A stretch of DNA of 51,605 nt from Leptospira biflexa. GTDB taxonomy: Bacteria > Spirochaetota > UBA4802 > JAGODF01. Every line of letters starts with the position of its first letter. Within the stretch, counting starts at the first letter, position 1. A program made the translations under genes and the position numbers. Positions 1 through 10,196 of this stretch are shown piece by piece. The DNA lies in assembly GCA_020721925.1 (NCBI GenBank), contig DYLV01000003.1, positions 1-51,605 of the forward strand, read 5' to 3'. The notes under the pieces are model-generated. The model did not search any database. It was not told the origin of the DNA and was given only the letters and a program-made list of their open reading frames with translations.

Positions 1-2
1 GC

Positions 3-329
3 AATCACCCCATTTTCAACGAAATGCACTTTCATAAAGGCCTTGATATATACTGCAACTACGGATGGGTTCGTGCCGCGAAATTCGGGAAAGTGGCCTA
101 TACAGGATGGCTCGGCGGATATGGACGGACTGTCATTATTTCGCATCCTGGTGGCTGGAAGACCCTCTATGGGCATCTTTCGAGAATATCGGTGAGAAAT
201 GGTCAATATGTGAAGCAAGGGCAGGTTATCGCGAAAGGCGGCAATACCGGCAATTCCACCGGACCACACCTTCATTTTGAAATAATCCAGAACGGCGATT
301 ATAAAAATCCGAGAAAGTTCATCAGGTGA
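3..329 (+). CDS. M23/LytM metallopeptidase, 3' part (5' end lies outside the window)
   Basis: HKGLD (HxxxD), YGHLS and GPHLHFE (HxH) motifs; frame is open back to the window start. Confidence 0.9.
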   Translation, partial: NHPIFNEMHFHKGLDIYCNYGWVRAAKFGKVAYTGWLGGYGRTVIISHPGGWKTLYGHLSRISVRNGQYVKQGQVIAKGGNTGNSTGPHLHFEIIQNGDYKNPRKFIR

Positions 330-598
330 AAGCATAATATCTCCGTGGGAGTCTCACCCCCAAAAACCCCCAGAAGAAAAATTACCAGGGCAATGGTGTA
401 AGTGTAGCAAATGCTTTTTTTAATAAAATATGTTCCTACAATAAAATTATTTGCATTTCTCCATAGACTGAGCAGTACATTGTATAGATTCATGAGAATA
501 TATGGAGAATGAGTGTGCTCTGTGCAGAAACGAAATAAAGAAAAAAATATAAGGATAGGTGATTTTTTATTAATAATGGTTAAATATGGGGGTATAAT

Positions 599-1696
599 AT
601 GAGAAAATTAGTAGTTATTACTCTTCCAATGTTGATAATGCTGGTGAATTGCTCTAAAATGATCGAGGAGCAGGAAGAGTTTGCAACCATCACCTTTTTT
701 GTGGGAGAGGTGAAGAAGAATGATGCGGATGTGCAGATCGGTGATGTTCTGAAAGAAAACGATTTGATTTTCACCGGGGCAAACTCATCGTGCGACATTC
801 GAATCGGCGATTCGATGATCAGAGTCAAGGAAAACTCCAAACTTTTAGTTTCGCAGATTCTTAGAAAGGAAGAGACTGAAAACGTGGTGTTGGGGCTTGA
901 TGTGGGGAAAATGCTCTGCCGGCCAAAAAAACTTATGAAAAATGAAAGCTTTCTCATAAAAACTCCCACGGCAGTTGCGGGTGTTCGGGGCACGCTGTTT
1001 ACGGTTGAGACAGATAAAAAGAAGACCACAAGGATTAAAGTGTACAATGGGAAGGTGAGCGTTGCCAGAAGAATTGCGACGCTTGAGAAAAAGTTTGGGG
1101 TGGAGCGGATTGTAGAAGGCGGGTCGTCGCTTGAACAGAATGAAAAAGTTGTAATAACCGAGGCGGAAACAAAGGCGGCGGAAGCAAAAGTGGAAACGAC
1201 AATTGCCGTTCTTTCCAGAAGAGGCTCTGTCGATGAGGAAGCTTTACTGAGGAAGGCTCGCCCGGAGATTGCCATAGATAAAAAAAGTGTGCGCAAATTC
1301 AAAGCGGAAGAATTCACCAGAGAAAAGGAGGAAATAATTGCGGTTGAGCGCAAGACGCCCGAGGTGATAAAAGCGATTAGAAAAGTCATCCGCAGGGAAA
1401 AAGAAGAGCCGATGCCCGACGGAAGCATTTTGGTGACCAGATATGATTTTTATTTTATTAAAAATGGAAAGGTCGAAGGAGAGTGGAAGGTGATCGGAGA
1501 ACCAATTGCATATGAAGATAAGATATATATTGCTTCAAGGGATTACGTTTTCTGCGCATCGGTAGAGGGGCCACTTCGCTGGAGAAGAAAAATTCAAAGC
1601 GATGGAAAGATTGAGCTGAAGGATAATAGCCTCAGCATCAATACACCGGAAGGGAGAAAAAAGATCGATCTGAAAACTGGCGAATTTATTGAATGA
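599..1696 (+). CDS. FecR-domain lipoprotein, LipL45-like
   Basis: Signal peptide with lipobox LVN-C; FecR motif IKTPTAVAGVRGTLFTV. Confidence 0.8.
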   Translation: MRKLVVITLPMLIMLVNCSKMIEEQEEFATITFFVGEVKKNDADVQIGDVLKENDLIFTGANSSCDIRIGDSMIRVKENSKLLVSQILRKEETENVVLGLDVGKMLCRPKKLMKNESFLIKTPTAVAGVRGTLFTVETDKKKTTRIKVYNGKVSVARRIATLEKKFGVERIVEGGSSLEQNEKVVITEAETKAAEAKVETTIAVLSRRGSVDEEALLRKARPEIAIDKKSVRKFKAEEFTREKEEIIAVERKTPEVIKAIRKVIRREKEEPMPDGSILVTRYDFYFIKNGKVEGEWKVIGEPIAYEDKIYIASRDYVFCASVEGPLRWRRKIQSDGKIELKDNSLSINTPEGRKKIDLKTGEFIE

Positions 1697-1723
1697 TTTA
1701 AGGTGATATTGAATTTTTTAATT

Positions 1724-1860
1724 ATTCGGGGCTGTCGAAAAGTTTGTATCGGTTTGAATGGTACAGCGATCATTTTGTGATTTTGGCGTAATTTTCGTTA
1801 AAATTGTATCGAAATGAGCGCGAAATGTGCAGAACGATAAACTTTTTGACCGCCTCGAAT
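1724..1860. mobile_element. MITE-like element with 22-bp imperfect terminal inverted repeats
   Basis: ATTCGGGGCTGTCGAAAAGTTT (1724-1745) vs reverse complement of 1839-1860 ATTCGAGGCGGTCAAAAAGTTT, 19/22 identical; no ORF inside. Confidence 0.6.
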
Positions 1861-2004
1861 TTTATCTATTTTCTCCGCTAAACATTTGACAATTCTGCGC
1901 AATGATTTCTTTAGTTCAACGGTGCGCATTTTCCTGCCGGAAAGTAATTTGCAATAGTTTCTTTGGAACAATTAATTGTACCGTATGGAATACTGATAAG
2001 CGAC

Positions 2005-3600
2005 ATGAATAAAAAGCAGATCATAATTTACGATACCACATTGAGGGATGGCTCCCAGAGCGTGGGGATTTCTTTTTCTCTTCAGGACAAGCTTAGGATA
2101 GCGCGCGAACTCGACAGGCTTAAAATTGATTATATCGAAGGAGGATGGCCGGGTTCGAATCCGAAAGATGAGATTTTCTTTAAAGAGGCGGCAAAGCTCA
2201 GTCTAACACATGCGAAAATTGTGGCGTTTGGATCAACGAAACGAGCGGGGAAAACATATGATAGCGACGAGCTTTTAAAGGCGCTGGTTGACTCAAGGGC
2301 ACGCATCGCAACAATTGTGGCAAAATCCTCGGATTTTCAGGTGCGCGAAGCTCTTAATATAAGCCTAAAAGAAAATCTGGAATTGGTGTACGGCACCGTC
2401 GCGTTTCTGAAAGACAAAGGGTTTGAGGTTTTTTTGGATGCAGAGCATTTCTTCGATGGATTCAAAGAAAATTCCGGGTATGCGCTCGAAGTGCTGGGGG
2501 CCGGAGAGCGGGGAGGTGCTGATATGCTGGTGCTGTGCGACACGAACGGGGGAACGCTCGTGCGCGATGCGGAGCGTATCGTTCGTGCGGTGGTAGATGC
2601 GTGTAAAACCAGAGTTGGAGTGCACTTTCACAACGATTCCGCGGTGGCGGTGGCGAACTCGCTTGTGTCTGTTGAGGCCGGTGCGGTTTCAGTCCAGGGT
2701 ACGATGAATGGTCTCGGCGAGCGATGCGGCAATTGCGACCTTACATCGCTGGTGCCCAATCTTGTTTTAAAGCTCGGATATGCCTGCAGTTCCGCAGAAT
2801 CGCTGGTGCATCTTACCGAAACAAGCCGTGTTATTAGCGAAATTGCGAATATAGGCCACAATGAGCAGGCACCATATGTTGGAGATAATGCATTCGCGCA
2901 TAAGGGCGGCATTCATGTGTCGGCATTGAGTAAAAACACGCGAACCTACGAACATATCGATCCTTCGCTGGTGGGCAACCGGAGAAAGGTGATTATTTCA
3001 GAACTTTCCGGCAAGAGCAATATTGAATTCAAAGCCAGAGAGATGGGCATCAAACTTCCCAGCGCCATTCACCTGACAAAAGATATTCTTCGCCGGATCA
3101 AATGCCTTGAGGACAAAGGATATCAGTTTGAAGCGGCTGAAGGAACGTTTGAGCTCATCATCAGGCGTGCGACGAAAGAATACAGGCCTTTTTTTGTGCT
3201 CCATGGATTTCGCGTCATCACGGAGAAGACGGAGGGGAATGAGATGGTGTGCGAGGCTACCATTAAAGTTGAAGTGGATGGGGTGGTTGAACACACCGCT
3301 GCAAACGGGAAAGGCCCGGTGGAAGCGCTCGATAATGCCGTGAGAAAAGCACTGGTGAAGTTTTATCCCGACATCAGTGAAATTCAGCTCACCGACTACA
3401 AAGTGCGGGTGTTGAACGAAAAAGCGGGGACAGGCGCGGCAGTAAGGGTGCTTATCGATCAGAAACGAAAATCGAGGCACTGGGGTACAGTTGGCGTGTC
3501 GGAAAATATAATCGAGGCATCATGGCAGGCACTGGTTGACGGGATCGAGTATATGCTTCTCAAAGATTTGGTTGACGGTGAAGATATTGGAAAAGAATGA
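2005..3600 (+). CDS. cimA: Citramalate synthase (LeuA/CimA DRE-TIM family)
   Basis: YDTTLRDG, GGWPGSNPKD, DAEHFFDG, HFHND, HKGGIH motifs and C-terminal regulatory domain; ATG 2005 chosen as start. Confidence 0.88.
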   Translation: MNKKQIIIYDTTLRDGSQSVGISFSLQDKLRIARELDRLKIDYIEGGWPGSNPKDEIFFKEAAKLSLTHAKIVAFGSTKRAGKTYDSDELLKALVDSRARIATIVAKSSDFQVREALNISLKENLELVYGTVAFLKDKGFEVFLDAEHFFDGFKENSGYALEVLGAGERGGADMLVLCDTNGGTLVRDAERIVRAVVDACKTRVGVHFHNDSAVAVANSLVSVEAGAVSVQGTMNGLGERCGNCDLTSLVPNLVLKLGYACSSAESLVHLTETSRVISEIANIGHNEQAPYVGDNAFAHKGGIHVSALSKNTRTYEHIDPSLVGNRRKVIISELSGKSNIEFKAREMGIKLPSAIHLTKDILRRIKCLEDKGYQFEAAEGTFELIIRRATKEYRPFFVLHGFRVITEKTEGNEMVCEATIKVEVDGVVEHTAANGKGPVEALDNAVRKALVKFYPDISEIQLTDYKVRVLNEKAGTGAAVRVLIDQKRKSRHWGTVGVSENIIEASWQALVDGIEYMLLKDLVDGEDIGKE

Positions 3601-4396
3601 TCCCATAGGAATATTTGATTCGGGCGTCGGCGGTCTTACCGTATGTAAATCCCTTCGAGATGTGATGCCGTCCGAGCATTTGATATATTTCGGCGACACG
3701 GCGAGATTCCCCTACGGTACGCGATCCCGCGAAACGATTTTGCGTTATTCGAAGGAAATCGCCGCGTATCTTGTGTCCCGAAAAGTGAAGATGATTGTTA
3801 TCGCTTGTAATACTTCTTCTGCGGTGGCGCTGGAGATACTTCGCGATGAGCTCGATGTACCGGTGGTGGGGGTTATAGGCGCGGGTGCCCGTGCTGCGTG
3901 CAGAATACAGCAAAATGGCTGTGTGGGGGTAATAGCCACCAGAGCAACGGTAAAAAGCCGATCCTATGAAAAGGCCATTCATGAAATACATCCCAATCTC
4001 AAAGTCTTTCAGCAACATGCAACGATTTTAGTTTCACTCACGGAGGAGGGGTGGATTGACGATGAAATCACGCGCCTTACTGCAAAAAAATACATTGGGG
4101 AGATGTATAATAAAAACGTCAGGACGCTTATTTTGGGGTGCACGCATTTCCCGCTTCTTCAAAAAGCAATACTCGATGTATTTCCGGATATGGTGCTTGT
4201 GGATTCCGGTTATGAAATCGCTCTCGAAGCAAAGCAGATGTTGAAAGAAAAAAACCTTGAAAATTCAGGCACAATTGGGGAAATTGAGCTCTATGCGTCG
4301 GATATAACCGATACACTTCAGATGCTTAAAAATATGTTTTTCGGGGAAAACGGCGCTTCAATAGCAAAACTCACAATTAGCGGCGGAGCACCATGA
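3578..4396 (+). CDS. murI: Glutamate racemase
   Basis: FDSGVGG, IACNTSS and LGCTHFP catalytic Cys motifs; start (GTG 3578 or TTG 3587) overlaps the cimA end. Confidence 0.95.
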   Translation: MKILEKNDPIGIFDSGVGGLTVCKSLRDVMPSEHLIYFGDTARFPYGTRSRETILRYSKEIAAYLVSRKVKMIVIACNTSSAVALEILRDELDVPVVGVIGAGARAACRIQQNGCVGVIATRATVKSRSYEKAIHEIHPNLKVFQQHATILVSLTEEGWIDDEITRLTAKKYIGEMYNKNVRTLILGCTHFPLLQKAILDVFPDMVLVDSGYEIALEAKQMLKEKNLENSGTIGEIELYASDITDTLQMLKNMFFGENGASIAKLTISGGAP

Positions 4397-5349
4397 AAAA
4401 GAAAATATTGCTGGAAATTGCGCTGGTGGTCTTCTTTCCTATTGCGGCAGGCGCATGGGATCTCTTCGATCGAGTTATTGCGGTGGTTAATGATCGGCCC
4501 ATTATGGAAAGTGAGGTCAACGCACGATTTGAAAAATTCAAAAAGGTGAAGCATATCCCCGCCGGTAAAGTATCGTTTCATAAAAGCAGGGTTCTCGACG
4601 TATTTATCGAAGACAGCATCTTTGAGCAGATGGCAGAGGAAGAATCAATCATTGTGAGCAAGGATAAAGTTGATGATTCAATCGAAAAAACGATGAAGCG
4701 GTATAATATAAATTCACTGAAAGAGTTCAAAGAGAAACTTGAAAAAAAAGATAAAATTTCGTACGAGGAATACAGAGGACAGGTGAGAAAATCTCTCATC
4801 CGGGAAATGGTGATGACTTTAGCGGTGGGAGTCAATCCACCTTCCGAACAGCAGGCGCAGGAATGGTATAAAAAAAACATTAAAAAAGTGGGATATGAGT
4901 TCAATATCAACCATGTATTTCTCCGGCTTCACAATACCACCATTGCCGAGGAGCGGCGAGTCAACAATGAAATGAAAAGCATCCTTGGTAAAATCCGCCG
5001 AGGAATGCCGTTTGAAGAAGCGGCAAGAAAATTTTCCGAGGATGAAAGATCGAAGACAAAAGGAGGCGCGCTCGGATGGGTGAAACTGCATGAAATCGAC
5101 AGACTGCTTGCCATGCAGATATTTGGGATGAATATAAAAGGCCAGGTTTCGGGAGTCATCAAATCGGGATCGGGGTATCATATTGTCAAATTTAATGGGA
5201 AAAGACCGGTGCAGTACCAATCCATACGTGAAATTATATTCAATATTCTATACAGCGAACGCATGGGTGAACAGATGGGGAAATGGGCTGAACAGAAGCG
5301 CAAGGAGTCTGACGTGAAGATATTTATGGCCGATTATGTGATGAATTAG
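4393..5349 (+). CDS. SurA-like periplasmic parvulin PPIase (LIC12922-like)
   Basis: Signal peptide, DRVIAVVN SurA N-domain, FEEAARKFSED..KGGALGW and GYHIVK rotamase motifs. Confidence 0.85.
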   Translation: MKKKILLEIALVVFFPIAAGAWDLFDRVIAVVNDRPIMESEVNARFEKFKKVKHIPAGKVSFHKSRVLDVFIEDSIFEQMAEEESIIVSKDKVDDSIEKTMKRYNINSLKEFKEKLEKKDKISYEEYRGQVRKSLIREMVMTLAVGVNPPSEQQAQEWYKKNIKKVGYEFNINHVFLRLHNTTIAEERRVNNEMKSILGKIRRGMPFEEAARKFSEDERSKTKGGALGWVKLHEIDRLLAMQIFGMNIKGQVSGVIKSGSGYHIVKFNGKRPVQYQSIREIIFNILYSERMGEQMGKWAEQKRKESDVKIFMADYVMN

Positions 5350-5380
5350 ATTTGGATTGTTTTTGGCCGGAGGTGCCCGC

Positions 5381-6862
5381 GTGAAAATAGCGGCAATTGT
5401 TTTTATCCCTCGCACAGCACAAAAAGAAGATCTGCATTTTGCCGATTTTTCCCTTCCTGACGAAATTGCCAGGCGCCTTAAGGCAGTCCCGCATATTCAC
5501 GAAGTGTTCTTTGCAACGGATAATGAGTGGGCCGGGATGATTCCGAATGGAAGCACACGAATCGGCGTGGGCACTGAAGGCGAAGTGGCTTTTTTGAAGT
5601 CGTTTTTTTCGGAGACGGGTTTTGAGCATGCCATCCTGATACAATATGATTCACCTTTTCTTGATCCCGACATTGTTGGCGAAATGCTAAAACTCCATAC
5701 CACCTATCTGCCGGAATACACCTATTCTGAAAATGTTCCTTCCGGATTTTGTGGTGAAATAGTGTCGCGTGTGCTTTTAGAAAGCGTGCCGGAAAATGCG
5801 GGTGCCGAAGTGTCGCTTTCGAAAATAATCAAGTCCAATCTGCACCGCTTTGATGTGGAAATTTTTTATTCTCATCCCGATGTGAGGGATAGGCGAATTT
5901 CGTTCAGGTCATCGAATCTTAGAGAACGGCGAATAATGGAAAAAATCGTCAAACTACACGGTGCTGTTCCGAAATATGCCGAGATTGTCGATGTGTTAAA
6001 AAAATTCCCCGAAGTACTCTACATATCCCCATCGTATATTGAAATGGAGTTAACCGGGCGGTGCAATTTGGACTGTATCTTTTGCTATCGAAAGACGCTC
6101 AGCTTTGAGCATGGGCAGATGGAAGTTTCAGTGTTTCGAAAAGTACTGGAGGGGATGCGCGAGTTTTCCCTGCCGTATTATATCTGTTGCGGAGGTTCGG
6201 GCGAGCCTTTGATGCATCCACAATTTTATGAAATGATGGATCTTGCGCTTGCTGAGAAAGATGTGGAGGGCGTGGTTGTCGAAACAAACGGCATTTTCGC
6301 CGATGCGAATTTTGCCCAGTATGTCGCGGGGAAAAGAGGCAGAATTCGCGTGATTGTGAACCTCAATGCAGTGGATGGGGAAATGTACCGCACCATTCAC
6401 GGCGGTGATCATTATGATACGGTGGTTGCGAACATTGAACGGCTGCAAGGCGTGATAAACGAAACGAATGCGCTCTATGTACAGATAATGAAAATCAATG
6501 AAACGGAAAAATTTTTAGATGCATATTACGATATGTGGGAACAAAAGCGCGTGCCGATTATCCTTCAAAAGCAAAATACCTATCTCGGAAGAATACCCGA
6601 CCGCCGCTATTCCGATCTATCTCCCCTGGAAAGGATACCCTGCTGGCATCTTCAGCGGGATATGTATGTGCTGTTTGACGGGACAGCCTGTTTTTGCAAA
6701 CAGGATGTCGATGGCGTTTCGTCTTTGGGAAATGTAAAAAATTCAACGATGAAAGAGCTGGTTGAAAGGGGCAAAGCTCATTTTATTGAAGATTTCAAAG
6801 GGAATGTATCGAAAAAGCCCGATTGCTCCACCTGCGATGAATGGTACACATTTAATTTGTAG
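5381..6862 (+). CDS. spiro-SPASM protein (cytidylyltransferase-like N domain + radical SAM + SPASM)
   Basis: DSPFLD N domain, CNLDCIFC (CX3CX2C), GGSGEPLMHP, SPASM CWHL..FCKQD..CSTCDEW; GGAGG RBS before GTG 5381. Confidence 0.88.
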   Translation: MKIAAIVFIPRTAQKEDLHFADFSLPDEIARRLKAVPHIHEVFFATDNEWAGMIPNGSTRIGVGTEGEVAFLKSFFSETGFEHAILIQYDSPFLDPDIVGEMLKLHTTYLPEYTYSENVPSGFCGEIVSRVLLESVPENAGAEVSLSKIIKSNLHRFDVEIFYSHPDVRDRRISFRSSNLRERRIMEKIVKLHGAVPKYAEIVDVLKKFPEVLYISPSYIEMELTGRCNLDCIFCYRKTLSFEHGQMEVSVFRKVLEGMREFSLPYYICCGGSGEPLMHPQFYEMMDLALAEKDVEGVVVETNGIFADANFAQYVAGKRGRIRVIVNLNAVDGEMYRTIHGGDHYDTVVANIERLQGVINETNALYVQIMKINETEKFLDAYYDMWEQKRVPIILQKQNTYLGRIPDRRYSDLSPLERIPCWHLQRDMYVLFDGTACFCKQDVDGVSSLGNVKNSTMKELVERGKAHFIEDFKGNVSKKPDCSTCDEWYTFNL

Positions 6863-6871
6863 TAGTATGAT

Positions 6872-7627
6872 ATGAAAAACACTCGTGTTCTCGCAGTTGT
6901 GCAGGCTCGAATTGCGTCGACGCGGCTTCCCGGCAAGGCACTTCTGCCGCTTGCGGGAAAACCGATTTTGACGCATGTGCTTGAACGTGCGTTGAACATT
7001 CCATCAGTTGACCGTGTGGTGCTAGCGGTGCCGGAAGGCGATGAAAATACTCTTCTTTTCGATGAGGTGAAACATCTCGGTGTATCGTTTTTTCAGGGTT
7101 CGGAACACGATGTGCTGGACAGGTTTTTTCGCGCGGCGGAAAAATTTGGCGGTGATTTTATTGCACGCATTACCGCCGATAACCCTTTCACCGACAGCGA
7201 ATACGCCAATGAAACCATCTTGAAGGCAATAGCCGGCAATTTCGATTTGTGCGCTCCGGAAGGGTTGCCGCTTGGCTGTGCCATAGAGGTGCTTTCGAGA
7301 GCGGCGCTCAGTCGGGCGCACAGGGAAGGCACATCGCCGCATCAGCGGGAGCATGTAAGCCCCTACATAAAAGAGCGTCCCGATATATTTTCAATTATGC
7401 GCTTTCCAGTGGATATCGATCCTCGTTATGCATCCGTGCGATTAACGGTAGATACGGAAGAGGATTACCGCCTTGCCGCTGCGTTGTATAGCGAGCTGTA
7501 TCGCGGGGAGCAATTTCCTTTGAAAAAAACCCTTTCATTCCTTGATGCCCATCCGGAACTTATGGAAATCAATAACAACATTCATCAACGCCCTATGACC
7601 CACTCATCGTTCAGGAATAGCCGATGA
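6872..7627 (+). CDS. SpsF-like acylneuraminate/CMP-sugar cytidylyltransferase family protein
   Basis: QARIASTRLPGK, GSEHDVLDRF, RITADNP, REHV and RLTVDTEED motifs. Confidence 0.88.
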   Translation: MKNTRVLAVVQARIASTRLPGKALLPLAGKPILTHVLERALNIPSVDRVVLAVPEGDENTLLFDEVKHLGVSFFQGSEHDVLDRFFRAAEKFGGDFIARITADNPFTDSEYANETILKAIAGNFDLCAPEGLPLGCAIEVLSRAALSRAHREGTSPHQREHVSPYIKERPDIFSIMRFPVDIDPRYASVRLTVDTEEDYRLAAALYSELYRGEQFPLKKTLSFLDAHPELMEINNNIHQRPMTHSSFRNSR

Positions 7628-8520
7628 TTTGCGATGTGCTCATTATTACGGGGAAAGATGCCTGTTTAGGGGGTGGGCATTTCCAGCGGATGGCGGCGCT
7701 TTTGTGGCGGCTGAGAACAAAATATTACGTGCACGCGTGCATGTTTGTTTCTCAAAGCGATGGAAAATTTCCTGTGGAACTTGAAAAATGGAGGGTTGAA
7801 AAAATCCATCCTGCGAGGCTCATTGTTCGCGACATGCGCGATTCAGAAAAAGATGAAATACACAAATTGAAAAAAATGGGATCAGTGTGCGTCATCGACG
7901 ATAGAGGCAAAGGAAGAATGATTGCCGATCTGCGAGTTGATTTACTTCCGCATTTTGAGAAAACGGATGACGCGGTGAAGGGAAGCTTTTTGTACGGGTA
8001 TAATTTTATTCAAAATCTTGAAGCGCTTTCGGGTGAGTCGATTGAGAAAAAAATCGATGTAGCAATATATGAGGGTTTTTCTGGCGATGCGCGCGATTAT
8101 TTGCTTTCGCTAATTCCAGAAAAATTATCATTCTGCCTTTTAGGAGGAGTAAAGCCTCTTTGTGGCATAAAAGGAGGAAACCATAAGTGCGAAGATGATA
8201 ACTATGCGCGCCTTCTTTGTGCTTCGAAAGTGGCACTGAGCCATTTCGGGATTTTTCTTTATGAAGCGCATGCGGCCCACTGCCGCCCTATTGCCGTCAA
8301 TCCTACGGAATATCATTCCGCAATATCTGATTGTGCGATGGATGATCTCGACCTGATAAATATTGGGGTACGGGAGACATTCGATAGCACAAAAGCAAAA
8401 GAGGCGATTTTGGCATCTGCGCAAAATCCGTGGTGTACAGCCGTGGAGAGCGAAGAAGTTCTGCGAAAAGTCCTGCAAAGTGCGGATGATTTTATTGAAT
8501 ATTTGCTTAAATTTTTATAG
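7624..8520 (+). CDS. SpsG/PseG-like GT-B fold protein, divergent
   Basis: N-terminal GGGHFQRM resembles PseG GxGH; DMRD, VIDD and HFGIFLYEA motifs; ATGA overlap with the spsF-like gene. Confidence 0.6.
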   Translation: MICDVLIITGKDACLGGGHFQRMAALLWRLRTKYYVHACMFVSQSDGKFPVELEKWRVEKIHPARLIVRDMRDSEKDEIHKLKKMGSVCVIDDRGKGRMIADLRVDLLPHFEKTDDAVKGSFLYGYNFIQNLEALSGESIEKKIDVAIYEGFSGDARDYLLSLIPEKLSFCLLGGVKPLCGIKGGNHKCEDDNYARLLCASKVALSHFGIFLYEAHAAHCRPIAVNPTEYHSAISDCAMDDLDLINIGVRETFDSTKAKEAILASAQNPWCTAVESEEVLRKVLQSADDFIEYLLKFL

Positions 8521-9228
8521 TTCTTTCTCGCCGGATGCTGCTTTCTTCGCCATGGCAAGGTGATATTGAATTTCTTTTGATTTTGGATTGAGCGATTGGG
8601 CTTTGGTGAGATATTGATTTGCACGGCTTATATCGCCCATTTTGTACATTACGAAACCGTATGTATCGAGATACGCGGGATTGTGGGGAGAGGCATGTAG
8701 CGCTTCTTTTGCGAGCGATTTTGCTTTTGTAAGATTTCCTCCAGTTTTTGCGAGCAGGTATGCAAGTGAATTTTTTGCCGATATGTTTTTCGGGTCTATT
8801 TCAAGAATTTTCCTGTAGTATTCCATAGCGTCATCGTGCTTGCCCGCCATGTCGCGCGCATACGCCGATAGATGCAAAAGCACCGTATCGTCACTCTTAA
8901 AATCGAGGCCTCGCATGCTGTAGAGAAGGGCATCATCGAAAAGGCTGAGTTTAATGAGCGCAAACGAAATTAAGCGAAGCACCTGAAGAATATCCACAGA
9001 AGTTGACCTGAGATCTAGAAGACGACGAAAATAATCAATTGCTTCCACAAAGCGTTCCAGATGGCAGGATGCAACCCCAAGGTTGTAGAGTATTTCAGGA
9101 TTTTCCCGGTCGATGGAAAGCGCGTTTGTGAGAGTATTTATTGCCTCGACATAATTGTTATGATGAAAATCTCTGAGCGCGGCGGAAAGTAATTTTTTCA
9201 AACGAGCATTAATGTTTGTTTCAGCCAT
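8515..9228 (-). CDS. Tetratricopeptide repeat protein
   Basis: Multiple TPRs (ILYNLG, AKNSLAY, AYLDTYG). Confidence 0.85.
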   Translation of the reverse strand: MAETNINARLKKLLSAALRDFHHNNYVEAINTLTNALSIDRENPEILYNLGVASCHLERFVEAIDYFRRLLDLRSTSVDILQVLRLISFALIKLSLFDDALLYSMRGLDFKSDDTVLLHLSAYARDMAGKHDDAMEYYRKILEIDPKNISAKNSLAYLLAKTGGNLTKAKSLAKEALHASPHNPAYLDTYGFVMYKMGDISRANQYLTKAQSLNPKSKEIQYHLAMAKKAASGEKEL

Positions 9229-9232
9229 TGCT

Positions 9233-9961
9233 CTACCTTAATATTCTTAAAAATTCATGGTCGGTGCAATCGAGCGAAAGTGGGGTTACTGAAATGTAAC
9301 CGCTGCGAAGCTCGAATACATCAGTGTTCTCTCCACCAATTGACTCAATTGCTCCCGAAAGCTGAATTATTTTACTCTGTCCATTTTCTTCATGGATGGT
9401 ATAGATATCGTTGTATTTTCTTCTGCCCAACACAGTATGTTTCATACCTTTAATTTCAGGGGCTGGTAGGTTGGGATAATTAATATTGAAAAAAAGGGCC
9501 GGCCTTCCCCGATAGCGTAGAATGTCCCCGATAAAGTGGAGGATAAAAGTGGAAGCCTGGCTGAAATAGCTCGATGAATCCAGGCAGTCCAGCGAAAGGG
9601 CGATGCCGTGAACGCCAAAGATGCATGCGGTGCGGGCACCTGCAACAGTCCCGGAAAAATAGACATCATCGCCTAAATTCGGCCCATGGTTTATCCCCGA
9701 AATAACCAGGTCAACGGATGGAATAAATCCGCCATTAAGCCCAATATTCACGCAGTCAGCGGTATACCCATTGACTGCGAAATGACGGTCGTCGATCTGT
9801 TTGATTGAAAGTTTGTCCCGCACAGTTATAGCATTCGAGCAGGCGCTTCGCTCGTCATCGGGCGCGATGACGAAAACATCATGTTCCATTGATAGCGTAT
9901 TAAATAAGGCGTGTATGCCTTCTGCAAGGACGCCGTCGTCATTTGTCAGTAAAATTGTCAT
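9233..9961 (-). CDS. surE: 5'/3'-nucleotidase SurE
   Basis: ILLTNDDG, SGINHGPNLG and SGTVAGA motifs. Confidence 0.95.
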   Translation of the reverse strand: MTILLTNDDGVLAEGIHALFNTLSMEHDVFVIAPDDERSACSNAITVRDKLSIKQIDDRHFAVNGYTADCVNIGLNGGFIPSVDLVISGINHGPNLGDDVYFSGTVAGARTACIFGVHGIALSLDCLDSSSYFSQASTFILHFIGDILRYRGRPALFFNINYPNLPAPEIKGMKHTVLGRRKYNDIYTIHEENGQSKIIQLSGAIESIGGENTDVFELRSGYISVTPLSLDCTDHEFLRILR

Positions 9962-10196
9962 TGTATTTTATACCAGTACCGAATAAAATGAATTTTACAG
10001 CATATTGAGCATCTCTAAAAACCGCTTCATCTTTCTAAATAACATAAGAATAAGCGGTTTTTACCTATTTTTTGCGCCCGCAGGGGAACAAGCTATAAGA
10101 TTGTTTTAAAAGTTTCCAAATAATATTACTCCAATGACAGTGTGCGGCATCGCGGCATTGCATTGCAAGAGTAAAATTAAATCGGAGGGCGGTTTT

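Noticed and set aside
331-552. Cys-containing short frames (QWCKCSKC; MENECALC) between the M23 and FecR genes
   Set aside because: Separated by stops; the first has no start codon and the second is 16 codons; no support for a real gene
580-1428. 282-aa minus-strand ORF
   Set aside because: Antisense shadow of the FecR lipoprotein with Ser/Phe-rich mirror composition; the same applies to 21806-22459, 24660-25346, 25503-26267 and 48803-49705
2149-2163. GGTTCGAATCC, a tRNA T-loop-like motif
   Set aside because: Lies inside cimA (encodes PGSNP); no cloverleaf
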